Shown piece after piece: positions 17,470 to 27,048 of a stretch of DNA of 64,000 nucleotides. The stretch spans positions 12,071 through 76,070 of the forward strand of contig CAZLMG010000012.1 in the NCBI GenBank assembly GCA_964560765.1, read 5' to 3'. Origin of the DNA: an uncultured Oligoflexales bacterium (GTDB taxonomy: Bacteria; Bdellovibrionota_B; Oligoflexia; Oligoflexales; CAZLMG01). The translations under genes were made by a program, and so were the position numbers. Position 1 is the first letter of the stretch. Every line of letters begins with the position of its first letter. The notes under the pieces were generated by a model that made no database searches, had not been told where the DNA came from, and worked only from the letters and a program-made list of their open reading frames with translations.

Positions 17470-19862
17470 GCCACCATCGACGCAGGACTCATCCGCCCTG
17501 GGATCGACTCGGGCGGCAGCTGGCCGCGTTGCGCACCCGTGCTGCCCGAGAAGATGAGCTCGTTGATATCCAAGATGCTGATCGCTCCGTTGCTGGCCAA
17601 ACTGCGAACTCGACCCAGTATCTTCATTTCGACCAAGCGATACGCCGTCTCGTCGACGGATGCCATGTTCTGCAAATCTTCGACCCAACTTTCGGCCAAC
17701 TCGCCCGGCGCTTTGCCCAGCAGCAGATTGCGGATATGCTCGCGGGTACCCATCAGGAACGCCAGTAGGTCCTCGCGTTCCATACCCATAATTAATTCCA
17801 ACAGGTGACCGTCCTTCAGGTATGGCAGCATCTCGATGGTGACCAACTTCATGCGCAAACCCCGCGCCGCATCGGCATTGGTCTTTTGCAGGTTCGCCAT
17901 CAAGCCGCGCTGCTCTTCCAGGTCCGCTCGCTCCATGAGGTCGAGCAAGATATCGCTGCTGCGCAAATTCTCCGTATCGAACTCCGGACGCGCCTGAACT
18001 TTCTTTGCTAGTGCGCTGGCCACGTTGGCCAGATAGTCCTTAGGAATAGCATCTGCCCGGCACAACTCACCCATTAGCTTCAGTTTGGACTCACCTTGAT
18101 ACATGTTGAAAACGGTCATGCGCCGCTTCTTGTCCAATTGTGTCAAGACGATGCTCTGGACCTGCGGCTTTTCATCGACGATCAAGCTGTAAATTTGCTC
18201 CGCATCCAGCTTGCCCAAGAAATCGAATTTATCGAGAGACTTCCGGGACAGTATCCGAATTTCCGAGGCCGTAGCCCGCGTCTTCAGGGCTTGCAGCAAG
18301 CGAAACTCGTCTTCCACGGTAAATTCATAACGGGTGTTATGGTAGTACTCCGACAACTGATACAAGTCGCGCTGGACTTGTGGGTCTTCGAGCAATTCGA
18401 AAATCACCATATGGCCAAGGATGTGCACATATTTGGCCGTTTCCTCAACGCCATCTTCCTTCAGCAGCCGCCCAAACGTTTCCCGGGCCACCTTTGGCGA
18501 ATCCATAAACAGCTGAATGAGTTCGCTGCGCAGTTGATCGCATTGCATGCGCAATTTGCCGACCCGCTTCTGCTCGATATTGGTAACCGTTGCTCCACCA
18601 CCCTCGGCCGAGGCCGCGGCTCCCTGGCCATCTGCAGCGCCAGGTTGCGGAGCCGTTGGCGATGCTCCTTGGCTAGGAGCTGCAAACGACGCAGGCATCA
18701 TCATCGCCTTTGCATCGCGATTGGCACCCATGACTCGCATCAACAAGGCGATGACCAAGCCGGCGACAACCAAACCGATCAAGCCGTACATGAGCCATTC
18801 TTGCGTACCAGTCTGTCCGTACTCCTGCATTGCACTCGTCGACAGGCTACGATCGAGTCGGCTGGATGACTCGGTATTCTCGGCCTTCTCCGTTGAGTTG
18901 GACAATGAAGAGTTAGTTGAGGAATTCGTCGATGAGTTGTTGGTGATAATCTCTTTCGTACCTGCGAGCTCGCGGAACATCACCAGCATCTGGCGTAGCT
19001 TCTCCAGACCGTATGGGTCTTCAGCGCTTGCTTTCTCCTTTTCACGTAACTTCGCATATGGCTCGGGAAAAGCCGTGGTACTCACGTTGACACTGACCGG
19101 CGATACAAAGCGAGTCTTTGCCCGGATAACATTGACGATCTTTTGACGAACAGCCTCATCTAGCTGTTCATCCATAGAAATCTCGATGGTCACATCATCA
19201 ATCTTGAAGGCGCTGCGTGCCGAATCATCCGTCGAGATCTGGGTACTCGGCAGGCGCTGCGCTTCATCAAAGGGAATATTACGCCCCTCAGCATTTATTT
19301 GCGCAATGAGGCACTGTTCTGGACAATAGACACGCAAAATATCTTCAACAACTTTGCTCAAGCGCCGCTCGAGATTATCGCGAAGTTGTCGCTCTCCATC
19401 CGCTCCCTTGCCAATGTTAGGCAGAGTCACGGGTCGCCACATAATCTCCGTCTTCAGGCCAAAGTCTCGCGTATGATTTTGCAAGATTCGCAGCAGTCGA
19501 TCGCGATTGGCTTCTGTGACACGATCGTCAATCTGCACTTCAACCGCAACGCGTGACACTTTAAAGGAGACAGCCGCGTTACGATTGGAGGCCCCCTCAA
19601 AGCCGATGTCGTCCGTGTCAGCAATCTCTTCATCAACCGCTACGTCGACATGCACGATCTCACAGGAATCAAAGCAGTATCGGTTCAAGATCGGGTTCAG
19701 TCGGTTCTTGACCGAGTTGATCGTGTCAGCCTGCAATCGTTCTGTGGAGTCAGGGTTGGTGACTGCAAAGGCATCGTTCGCCTGGCCGCCGCAAACGGCA
19801 ATGAGCCATGCCCACAGGACTAGGTGTCGAATAGGTAGACAAGTAACCACTGTTGCCCCCAA
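17466..19862 (-). CDS. Single-pass membrane protein: two periplasmic repeats, one TM helix, and a FliG-like (FliG/MgtE_N-type) cytoplasmic module
   Basis: Non-ATG start (TTG at 19862, or a nearby GTG). N-terminal hydrophobic signal, then two ~110-aa repeats sharing YCxxxC and FK(V/I)xxVx(V/I)E(V/I)xxD patterns. A Ser/Asn/Thr linker leads to a TM helix (WLMYGLIGLVVAGLVIALLM) and a Gly/Ala/Pro linker. The last ~360 aa align by eye to FliG (QIYSLIVDEKPQVQSIVLTQL; LVTIEMLPYLKDGHLLELIMGMEREDLLAFLMGT; AYRLVEMKILGRVRSLASNGAISI). Confidence 0.6.
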   Translation of the reverse strand: MGATVVTCLPIRHLVLWAWLIAVCGGQANDAFAVTNPDSTERLQADTINSVKNRLNPILNRYCFDSCEIVHVDVAVDEEIADTDDIGFEGASNRNAAVSFKVSRVAVEVQIDDRVTEANRDRLLRILQNHTRDFGLKTEIMWRPVTLPNIGKGADGERQLRDNLERRLSKVVEDILRVYCPEQCLIAQINAEGRNIPFDEAQRLPSTQISTDDSARSAFKIDDVTIEISMDEQLDEAVRQKIVNVIRAKTRFVSPVSVNVSTTAFPEPYAKLREKEKASAEDPYGLEKLRQMLVMFRELAGTKEIITNNSSTNSSTNSSLSNSTEKAENTESSSRLDRSLSTSAMQEYGQTGTQEWLMYGLIGLVVAGLVIALLMRVMGANRDAKAMMMPASFAAPSQGASPTAPQPGAADGQGAAASAEGGGATVTNIEQKRVGKLRMQCDQLRSELIQLFMDSPKVARETFGRLLKEDGVEETAKYVHILGHMVIFELLEDPQVQRDLYQLSEYYHNTRYEFTVEDEFRLLQALKTRATASEIRILSRKSLDKFDFLGKLDAEQIYSLIVDEKPQVQSIVLTQLDKKRRMTVFNMYQGESKLKLMGELCRADAIPKDYLANVASALAKKVQARPEFDTENLRSSDILLDLMERADLEEQRGLMANLQKTNADAARGLRMKLVTIEMLPYLKDGHLLELIMGMEREDLLAFLMGTREHIRNLLLGKAPGELAESWVEDLQNMASVDETAYRLVEMKILGRVRSLASNGAISILDINELIFSGSTGAQRGQLPPESIPGRMSPASMVA

Positions 19863-19954
19863 ACCGATACGAATAAGTCTTAACTGACAAGGCTATCGGC
19901 AATGGCATCAAAAGCTTAACGGGGAAGATTTTGCCGAGTGGCGAGGATGGTTGC

Positions 19955-19985
19955 CATCCGTGGGCTGAGAAACAATCCACGGATG
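19955..19985 (-). terminator. Weak hairpin downstream of the DsbA-like gene
   Basis: Perfect 9-bp stem (CATCCGTGG / CCACGGATG) with a 13-nt loop. No U-tract follows, so terminator function is uncertain. Confidence 0.25.
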
Positions 19986-20004
19986 TAAGTCGATAAATTA
20001 ACTA

Positions 20005-21015
20005 CTAAGATGCTTTTTGCTTAAGTTCTGCTTGAATGGCGGCCTCGACGCCCTCTTCGCTATGGCCACCGACAAATTTCTTGCCATTGATATAGATCGT
20101 CGGTGTTCCGCTGACCCCGACGCGCTCGCCCTCTAGGCGGCCACGCTCAACTTCAGCCTTAGCCCAGTCAGATGCGGCGCAAGTCTTAAACTCAGACTCA
20201 TTCAGCCCCAGCTTCTTCGCAAACTCTTCTGGAGATTTATCGGTGAGCTTGGCTTGGTTATCAAAAGCCATGTAGTGATATTCCCAATACTTGTTCTGCT
20301 TGGCGGCACAATGCGAACCTTGGGCGACGATACGCGAGATCCCTGATGGATTGATGGGAAAATCCACGAACGTCAAACGCACATTCTTTCCATATTTATT
20401 CATGAGCTTCTTGAAAGCCTCGGAAGCGTGCTTGCAGTGTGGGCATTGATAGTCTGCAAACTCCACAACGTGGACCGGCAGCGTCGCCTCACCCTTGGTC
20501 GGGAAACCATCCACGCGCAGGGCAATACGTATGGCTTCTGGAGCTTGCAAAGTTACCACAACCTTCTTGTCTTTGCGGACTTTCTCGACAAGCTTGGTGC
20601 GAGCTTCATTCTTCTTCTGCGATATCAGAATCTTTTTCACTTCTTCTTTGATCTGATCATAAGGATATGGGATGCGTGCCTTGTTCTCGTCATAAAAAGC
20701 TTTGGTTTCCTTTTCCGTAGGGTCCTTTACCTTTAACAAGTCGGCTTCGACTTCTTTGACCGGTTTTTTGCGTTTCGCCGCTTCTTCCTCAAAGTAAATC
20801 GACAACACGGCATCGTCCAACGCCGCCTGCTTTTTCATGTAACTCTCTTGATCGATATCAAAAACTTGCTGGGCCGCAGCTGGGCTCAGATCTGCTGCTG
20901 AGTAACTCTTGCCATTGTATTGGAACAAAGTGGAAGCCATCCCCACGGACGAACCCACCACAGAGCCTAACAACAGCGCGCGAAATAAATGAGCTGACAA
21001 CACGTTTGCCTCCAC
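20005..21015 (-). CDS. DsbA-family thiol:disulfide oxidoreductase with an N-terminal helical extension
   Basis: Signal sequence and the thioredoxin active site FADYQCPHCKH. The C-terminus reads GVSGTPTIYINGKKF. Confidence 0.75.
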   Translation of the reverse strand: MEANVLSAHLFRALLLGSVVGSSVGMASTLFQYNGKSYSAADLSPAAAQQVFDIDQESYMKKQAALDDAVLSIYFEEEAAKRKKPVKEVEADLLKVKDPTEKETKAFYDENKARIPYPYDQIKEEVKKILISQKKNEARTKLVEKVRKDKKVVVTLQAPEAIRIALRVDGFPTKGEATLPVHVVEFADYQCPHCKHASEAFKKLMNKYGKNVRLTFVDFPINPSGISRIVAQGSHCAAKQNKYWEYHYMAFDNQAKLTDKSPEEFAKKLGLNESEFKTCAASDWAKAEVERGRLEGERVGVSGTPTIYINGKKFVGGHSEEGVEAAIQAELKQKAS

Positions 21016-21101
21016 GCCAAAAAATAGTCTTCAAACGTCGATTACGACATCGGGAACATTCGTGCCACGATACCGCAATCAGCTAGGATTTGCCAGCGAT
21101 G

Positions 21102-22184
21102 CTAGAGCTTTGGTGACTCGCGACGGGCCTCGGAGGAATCGTCATGACCATCGTCAATCGGATCACCGCTGAGAGCGGCAGATCGGCTCGGGTCGCGGGG
21201 TTCAGGTCCTGCCAGAGTGGCGAGTTGCTCGGGGGTGTAGGCGATCGTCTCTAGCCGGCGGCGCTCAAAGTCCTCGTGAACGATACGCCATTGCCCTAGC
21301 TCATCCTTATTCCAGTAAAGAATCTTGCGGCCATTTGAGATAAATCGATCGTCACCGTTAAAGTCTTGATTCATGATAGTGACGGCATACTTTGGATGCG
21401 TAACGACGCGCAGGTCATCGACGCGAACGAGCATCGACGTATAGCTGTCGAAAACTCGCTTCTTATAATCTCGAAACTGCTCAAGGCTCCATCCGCGGAA
21501 ACGAAAGCGCTCGCGATCATAGTAGGAGACATAGTTCGGTAAATCTCGGGTTTTCCAGTGCTCCACCCAGGACTCCGTGGACTGGCGCAAGCTGGCCATG
21601 TCTTCAGGCCTATTCACCTTCTGCGCATCGTCAGCAATGACGATGATGCCTTGGTGAGGACGCAGCCATCGTGCCAAGCGCATGATGTCGTCATTGTAGA
21701 ACGCGACGCATCCCTCGGTCACGTTCGCTTCTTCGATGCGGGCGTCATTCTCCACCCCGTGCAGCCAGATGCCGTGTCCAGACTTGCGCGACATCACGTC
21801 AATGGGGTTGGGAAAATTGATCGGAATGGCCTTCGGGCCGTATTTCGCCGGTAACTGCCCGCCGTCGATGATACCCCGAGAAAAATACACACCCTCCGGA
21901 GTCCGATTGTCCCCTTCCTTCTCCTTATCGCCAGCTTCTTTGCCAATCGCGATTCGGAAGGTTCGCAGCAGGGCCGCGCCATCGCTCGTATCCGGCAGCG
22001 TTCGCAACTCCGCCAGGAGCCGCGACTTATCGACTGCCAGCAGGATCACTTCTTCTTGTGTTGAGGCTTTGATGGTGTCGTCATTCTTCGGCAACGGCAA
22101 TGCCTTGAGATCCCCGGCTTCGGCGGTCGCTGAAAACCACGAAGTCCAAGCGAGAAGCCCGACCACCCATGTAAAGGGTGCCAT
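21102..22184 (-). CDS. L,D-transpeptidase (YkuD) family protein
   Basis: Signal peptide, then the YkuD catalytic pattern HGIWLHG...EANVTEGCVAF. The ATG at 22184 follows GGGAGTGAGG; the ORF is open to a GTG at 22190. Confidence 0.72.
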   Translation of the reverse strand: MAPFTWVVGLLAWTSWFSATAEAGDLKALPLPKNDDTIKASTQEEVILLAVDKSRLLAELRTLPDTSDGAALLRTFRIAIGKEAGDKEKEGDNRTPEGVYFSRGIIDGGQLPAKYGPKAIPINFPNPIDVMSRKSGHGIWLHGVENDARIEEANVTEGCVAFYNDDIMRLARWLRPHQGIIVIADDAQKVNRPEDMASLRQSTESWVEHWKTRDLPNYVSYYDRERFRFRGWSLEQFRDYKKRVFDSYTSMLVRVDDLRVVTHPKYAVTIMNQDFNGDDRFISNGRKILYWNKDELGQWRIVHEDFERRRLETIAYTPEQLATLAGPEPRDPSRSAALSGDPIDDGHDDSSEARRESPKL

Positions 22185-22220
22185 CCTCACTCCCGATAGT
22201 CATAACGTCATGAAAGAGAC

Positions 22221-22226
22221 TATAAT
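22221..22226 (+). promoter_or_regulatory. Consensus -10 hexamer (TATAAT) upstream of rlmM
   Basis: Exact TATAAT 56 nt upstream of the ATG at 22282, in the AT-rich divergent intergenic region. The -35 at 17-bp spacing is poor (AGTCAT). Confidence 0.3.
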
Positions 22227-22281
22227 CTACTTTATATTGACGTAATAACTTGCATATTTCAAGCATCGAGAACCCTGTTTC

Positions 22282-23184
22282 ATGAAAACTGCTGTCCTAG
22301 CCCCGAACGGTTTGCAGGAACCGACGCGTTGGTGGGTCCCACAACAAAACGAAATTTTGGGCGATCTATTCCTATTTTCAGGGCCTGCGGGCACACAGCC
22401 ATGGGCGCAAAATATTTGGTACGACGTCATGGAACAACCCATCGAATCCATAAAGCACGCCGTCCGAATTCTGCGCGATGCCGGTGGGCGCTGGGCTCCT
22501 TATGCGTTTCAGCTGCACCGGCGAATGACCTTGATTCAAGAGCAACTGCCGCGCTGGCGTATGCCACCGCTGGAATTCCCGACCCTCTGGCCGAACGCAA
22601 CCTGCGGGGGGTGGACCCTTCGCGACGCCAACACCTTGGTTTACGCCGCCAGCACGGATTCGCCTTGGCCCAATGGCGTGGTCAGCTTTGCCGAAAACCA
22701 TAGCGATCCACCCAGCCGCGCCTACCTCAAACTCTGGGAGGTTCTAACGCGCACACAACTGTTCCCAGGTCCCGGGGAAATATGCATGGACTTGGGAGCG
22801 TCGCCAGGTGGCTGGACTTGGGTTCTGGCGAAACTCGGTGCCAAGGTCATCGCCGTCGATCGCTCCCCATTGGACCCAAGGCTGATGCGAAATCCAGGGA
22901 TCGAGTTTCGCCAGGCCAGTGCTTTTTCCATGCAGCCGCGCGACGTCGAGTCGGTGTCTTGGATCTTTTCCGATGTGATCTGCTATCCAGAGCGCTTGCT
23001 CACCTTCGTCAAACGTTGGCTCGACTCGGGAAAATGTGAGCGCTTTGTCTGCACGCTTAAATTTCAAGGCACGGATCAATACGGCGTCATTCAGCAGTTT
23101 CTAGACATTCCAGGTAGTCGCGTGTTGCATTTGTACCACAACAAGCACGAGCTAACTTGGGTACGTCATCCCGCAAACGGCTGA
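22282..23184 (+). CDS. rlmM: RlmM/FtsJ-like 23S rRNA 2'-O-ribose methyltransferase
   Basis: SRAYLKLWEVL...MDLGASPGGWTWVLAKLGAKVIAVD and WIFSDVICYPERLLTFVKRWL align by eye to E. coli RlmM. The N-terminal domain is shorter. Confidence 0.7.
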   Translation: MKTAVLAPNGLQEPTRWWVPQQNEILGDLFLFSGPAGTQPWAQNIWYDVMEQPIESIKHAVRILRDAGGRWAPYAFQLHRRMTLIQEQLPRWRMPPLEFPTLWPNATCGGWTLRDANTLVYAASTDSPWPNGVVSFAENHSDPPSRAYLKLWEVLTRTQLFPGPGEICMDLGASPGGWTWVLAKLGAKVIAVDRSPLDPRLMRNPGIEFRQASAFSMQPRDVESVSWIFSDVICYPERLLTFVKRWLDSGKCERFVCTLKFQGTDQYGVIQQFLDIPGSRVLHLYHNKHELTWVRHPANG

Positions 23185-24185
23185 AGTGCCGCCAAGACGG
23201 CCGCAAAATCTGCGGGCAAAGGCGCCTGAAAACGCAGGGGCTGTCCCGTCAGCGGATGCTCAAAGCCCAATGTTTCCGCATGCAGCATCTGCCTCTCGAT
23301 CCCAGCGATGAGCGCACGAGTGGGTGCTGGAAAGGTGTGCGGCAGCTGCGTGCGCTGATGATAGACAAGATCACCAACGATCGGTGCACCGAGCACTGCT
23401 GCATGCACGCGAATCTGATGCGTTCGCCCGGTATGCAGGGTAACGCGCACGCGTGATAAGCGTTCGTTATAAATCGATTCCACCTGAAAGTGACTCTTGG
23501 CCCATCGCCATCCTGCTGGCGGCTCCGCCCCGGCAAATCGCTCGGCAACCAGATCGCTTGGCATGGATGCGAAACGCAGTCGATTGATGGGATCACGATA
23601 GAGGTACGACTCGACATCGCATTCACCGGCAGGCAAAACGCCGTCAACCAATGCGACATAGGATCGATGATTGGTTTTTTCCTGAAACTGTTTGGCAAGT
23701 CCAGCATGCGCGCGAGAGGTCTTGGCGCAAACGATGACTCCGCTGGTGTCCTTGTCTAATCGATGCACAATGCCTGGCCGATCGCCGGTTCCAGGAAGTG
23801 GCCCGTTGTTTTGCAAATAGTATAAGAGACCTTCCGCCAGTGTCGTCCCATGCTCGCCAGCTCCTGGATGCACAACCAAACCAGGCGGCTTATCGATGAC
23901 TAGAAGATCATCGTCTTCAAAGAGAATGTTGAGGTCGAGGGGAGCAGGCTTTAATCGGGAAGGAACGCTCGGCGGCAAACGTACTTCTACCAGATCGCCC
24001 AAAGAGACTGGTAGGCTCGGCTTGCAAACTTCGCCATTCAACAGAATAGCGCCGACACGTAAGCGCGACTGCACCTGAGTCCGACTCACATCCGGTAGCA
24101 GTCTAGCCACAGCCACATCCAGGCGAAGTCCACCCAGTGACTCGTCAATTTCGAAGGTGCTTACTTGTTCTTGCTGATCAACCAC
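23166..24185 (-). CDS. rluD: RluA-family 23S rRNA pseudouridine synthase (RluD-like)
   Basis: S4-like N-terminus (GLRLDVAVARLLPDVSRTQVQSRL), the catalytic motif HRLDKDTSGVIVCAKT, and TGRTHQIRVH. Confidence 0.85.
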   Translation of the reverse strand: MVDQQEQVSTFEIDESLGGLRLDVAVARLLPDVSRTQVQSRLRVGAILLNGEVCKPSLPVSLGDLVEVRLPPSVPSRLKPAPLDLNILFEDDDLLVIDKPPGLVVHPGAGEHGTTLAEGLLYYLQNNGPLPGTGDRPGIVHRLDKDTSGVIVCAKTSRAHAGLAKQFQEKTNHRSYVALVDGVLPAGECDVESYLYRDPINRLRFASMPSDLVAERFAGAEPPAGWRWAKSHFQVESIYNERLSRVRVTLHTGRTHQIRVHAAVLGAPIVGDLVYHQRTQLPHTFPAPTRALIAGIERQMLHAETLGFEHPLTGQPLRFQAPLPADFAAVLAALQPFAG

Positions 24186-24916
24186 TCAGAATGCCTCGTC
24201 GCAAAGGCAGCGACCATAGCTTCGACCTGCGAAACACTCAAGGCATTCAGGTAACTCCTCAAGAATCCTCTTACAAAAACAATTTGCGGCAGTCGGTCAA
24301 ATGCGTTGTCTTCAATGGCGCGAATGTACTCTCGACTGATTTTGGTGCGTGCATGCAGCTCTTCTTCCGATAGGGCTGCAGCCTCGCGCAACTTGCGAAA
24401 CAACGCACCGTCACCTTTGTCGGTCGCCGCCTGCATTATTTCTTCGAGTCGAGCCTGCATCGCCGGGTCGGCCGCGCGCAATGGAGTCACCATGGCTCGG
24501 GTGAACCCCCCGCTGCGCTGCGCCGGAGCGGCCGGCTGATGCGTGACCGGAGCCTCCCCCATCGCCGAGCGGCTGTCTACCGCATGCGTGCTGCGATTGG
24601 GTGCTTCTTCGACATCCACGATGCCGAGCTGAATATCATATTGCCGACGTTTCACGTCGTCGTTCAACACCCGAAACGCGTCCTCAACGGCGTGCAGCAT
24701 CCGTTGTGCCTCGTCGTCACCCATAAGCGAATAGAGCGCGGGGTTTTGCGAGCTAAACATATTCTTCATGCGAATGTAAGATTCGCGAACTTCCGTCCGC
24801 GTGGAAGTTGGGCTCACATTCAATAGCTCATACAGCGTACGCTGTTTGCCGTGTACTGAGGTCGCCCCAGCACTTGCGCCAAAGGGCGCCGACGAGTCAA
24901 AGGGATGCTTCTCCAT
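24161..24916 (-). CDS. J-domain protein with a C-terminal RodZ-like HTH
   Basis: J-domain-like region (TLYELLNVSPTSTRTEVRESYIRMKNMF...AFRVLNDDVKRRQYD); the HPD triplet is not evident. The C-terminus reads LHARTKISREYIRAIEDNAFDRLPQIVFVRGFLRSYLNAL, a RodZ/HTH_25-like motif. The ATG at 24916 follows GGGGGG, 2 nt after the upstream stop. Confidence 0.65.
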   Translation of the reverse strand: MEKHPFDSSAPFGASAGATSVHGKQRTLYELLNVSPTSTRTEVRESYIRMKNMFSSQNPALYSLMGDDEAQRMLHAVEDAFRVLNDDVKRRQYDIQLGIVDVEEAPNRSTHAVDSRSAMGEAPVTHQPAAPAQRSGGFTRAMVTPLRAADPAMQARLEEIMQAATDKGDGALFRKLREAAALSEEELHARTKISREYIRAIEDNAFDRLPQIVFVRGFLRSYLNALSVSQVEAMVAAFATRHSEWLISKNK

Positions 24917-24918
24917 AA

Positions 24919-25989
24919 CTACCCCCCGATATATCCAAGTTTGCGTACTGCGTTCAAGCACATGCTCGAAATGCGCTTAGCCAAAACGCCGTGCGGAAAA
25001 TCTGTCAACAACAAACGCCGATTGCGCAAGGACTTCCAGGCCGCATCGTCGTAGTTCATATGACCGAGAAAGGTCGCGTTAAAACCAAAGTATTGGCGAC
25101 TGATCTGCTCCATGGATGTGCCGACGTCAATGTCATGCTGTGACCTCGTCTGATTGATGACGATACCCAAGGTTCGACTGCGCAGCGCGTCCAACACGCC
25201 ACCAATCAATTCAGGATACTGCGCCGATAACTGCCGCAAGCAATCCGCATATCCATGATCGAAGGATTTACCAACTTGCGCCAGCGCGTGACGAACATCC
25301 GTCAAAGCTTCTAACTGCCCCATGCGGGTCGCGGCGTGCTCAAGCACTCGCCAGAGGCTTGTGCGCATGAAGACGTACGCATTTTCGACACTCGTGGGCT
25401 CGGGTAAGACAGTCACAATGCCCATGTGAGCAGCGCTGAAGAAATCCATCGTGTTCCGGTGCGTTCCTGCGCCCAGATCTAACACGACGAAATCAACTTG
25501 AAACTCAGATCGCGCCAGCATCAGCGCTTGCCAAACAGGTACTAACGCTTCTGGACCACGCTCTAGGAAGTTTCCCCACGACTCTTCTCTTCCACCAGCC
25601 ACCAAGCCGACGTTTGGAACGCCCGTCGGCAAGATCACTTCTGCAAAGCGACGCCGACGATAAACGGCGAACTCTGCCAAAGTTGTCTTCGGCATCGAGA
25701 CGCCAAAATGTGTATGCAAGTTGGCACAGCCCAGGTCGAGATCGACAACCAAGACGCGATAGCCCATCTTCGCGAGACGCGCTGAGACGTTGGCGCTGAT
25801 AATACTCTTGCCGACACCACCCTTGCCGCCGCCGACAGCGATAAATGCCGGCAATGGCACATTTGGCACCGTGACGTATGGCGGCAGACCTCGTACCCAA
25901 CCCGGAAATGTTTCGAGCAAATATGGAGACGAACGACTCAGTCGCTGCCCTGGAATTCCCGTTTCGATCGATGGATTCAACTCATTCAT
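24919..25989 (-). CDS. MinD/ParA-family P-loop ATPase with an N-terminal extension
   Basis: Deviant Walker A (GGGKGGVGKS), VVDLDLGCANLH and VLDLGAG. About 55 aa precede the P-loop. Confidence 0.8.
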   Translation of the reverse strand: MNELNPSIETGIPGQRLSRSSPYLLETFPGWVRGLPPYVTVPNVPLPAFIAVGGGKGGVGKSIISANVSARLAKMGYRVLVVDLDLGCANLHTHFGVSMPKTTLAEFAVYRRRRFAEVILPTGVPNVGLVAGGREESWGNFLERGPEALVPVWQALMLARSEFQVDFVVLDLGAGTHRNTMDFFSAAHMGIVTVLPEPTSVENAYVFMRTSLWRVLEHAATRMGQLEALTDVRHALAQVGKSFDHGYADCLRQLSAQYPELIGGVLDALRSRTLGIVINQTRSQHDIDVGTSMEQISRQYFGFNATFLGHMNYDDAAWKSLRNRRLLLTDFPHGVLAKRISSMCLNAVRKLGYIGG

Positions 25990-26198
25990 GCGTACTCGTT
26001 CCCCCTCGGGTTGTCGCTAACGACCTTCCTAGTCACTGAGAGTCAGCCATCAGGGTCGCGTCAATAATCCTGAGCAGCTGATTCGATTGGGGCTTCTTGG
26101 TATTTTCTATTCGGAATCATAACAGAATCCGACAAGTGCTCCCAGCACGGAAAAAACCAGTCGCGGGAACGAACGCCAGCTACGTGGTTATGGTTAGT

Positions 26199-26756
26199 TT
26201 ATGCGCGGAAATACAAGATGGCATCGATAGCGGTCAGGGCAAATGCCAACGGATAAATCGCCAGACGAGCCACGATCCAGTACACACTGCTGAAACGCCA
26301 GCCGATGAATCCGACAAAAATCCCATGCACGAGAAACAACCAGCCGGAGTGAGCTGACAGTACGGAAAGATATTCCACACCGTTGGGCTGGGACATGACG
26401 TTGTAAGCCTCGGGATTGAGCTTCTCCACCATGGGTAACATGCGTACCAGGACAGGTGTGCCAAGCCACTGGAAATAAGCAATGTAAGCCGCAAAGATAA
26501 CGCCAACCACCGTTGGCTGCATTTTAAAGAATCGCGAGCTGTTCAAGCGGTAGGAAATAGCGCCCAGCACGACGATCAACACGACTTCTGTCAGCAGCAT
26601 CGGATCTAAATCGTCCCAAACGATCAGCGCATAAACAAACAGGAAGAGGGATGCACCCGCGGCTGCCAGCACTCCCGCCTTCATTCCGTACTTGAGTTCC
26701 ACGAGCACGTACAAAACGAGCGGTAGCACCATGACAAAGAACATCTCAAAGGACAT
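26199..26756 (-). CDS. Polytopic inner-membrane protein (possibly IspZ/YciB-like)
   Basis: 185 aa with five or six hydrophobic segments. The family assignment is tentative. Confidence 0.55.
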   Translation of the reverse strand: MSFEMFFVMVLPLVLYVLVELKYGMKAGVLAAAGASLFLFVYALIVWDDLDPMLLTEVVLIVVLGAISYRLNSSRFFKMQPTVVGVIFAAYIAYFQWLGTPVLVRMLPMVEKLNPEAYNVMSQPNGVEYLSVLSAHSGWLFLVHGIFVGFIGWRFSSVYWIVARLAIYPLAFALTAIDAILYFRA

Positions 26757-26799
26757 ACAAACCTCAGGCGCATCCAGCGGTCATAAGAGCTAGGGCGAG

Positions 26800-27048
26800 T
26801 TAACGAGAACTAAAACCTCGTGGCCGACGCCAAGCGAGGCCCTGGCTGCGAAATAGAAAGGGCACAGCCTTGCGGGCGCCAGCACCAATCATCCGCACAA
26901 AACGTACGGCGCCGAAATACGTAACCGGACGACTGGCACGAGCAAACGCGACATTTGCCGCGCGAACCGCCGCGTCATGACGCTCACGCCGAAAATCAGC
27001 AGCAACATTCCGTTCAAAGGACGTCAACATGCGACCCTCCACCATCAT
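26800..27048 (-). CDS. Small basic hypothetical protein (doubtful)
   Basis: 82-aa ORF between rsmI and the membrane-protein gene. An exact TATAAT on the minus strand (27085-27090) lies ~40 nt upstream. No family recognised, and codon bias is inconclusive. Confidence 0.25.
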   Translation of the reverse strand: MMVEGRMLTSFERNVAADFRRERHDAAVRAANVAFARASRPVTYFGAVRFVRMIGAGARKAVPFLFRSQGLAWRRPRGFSSR

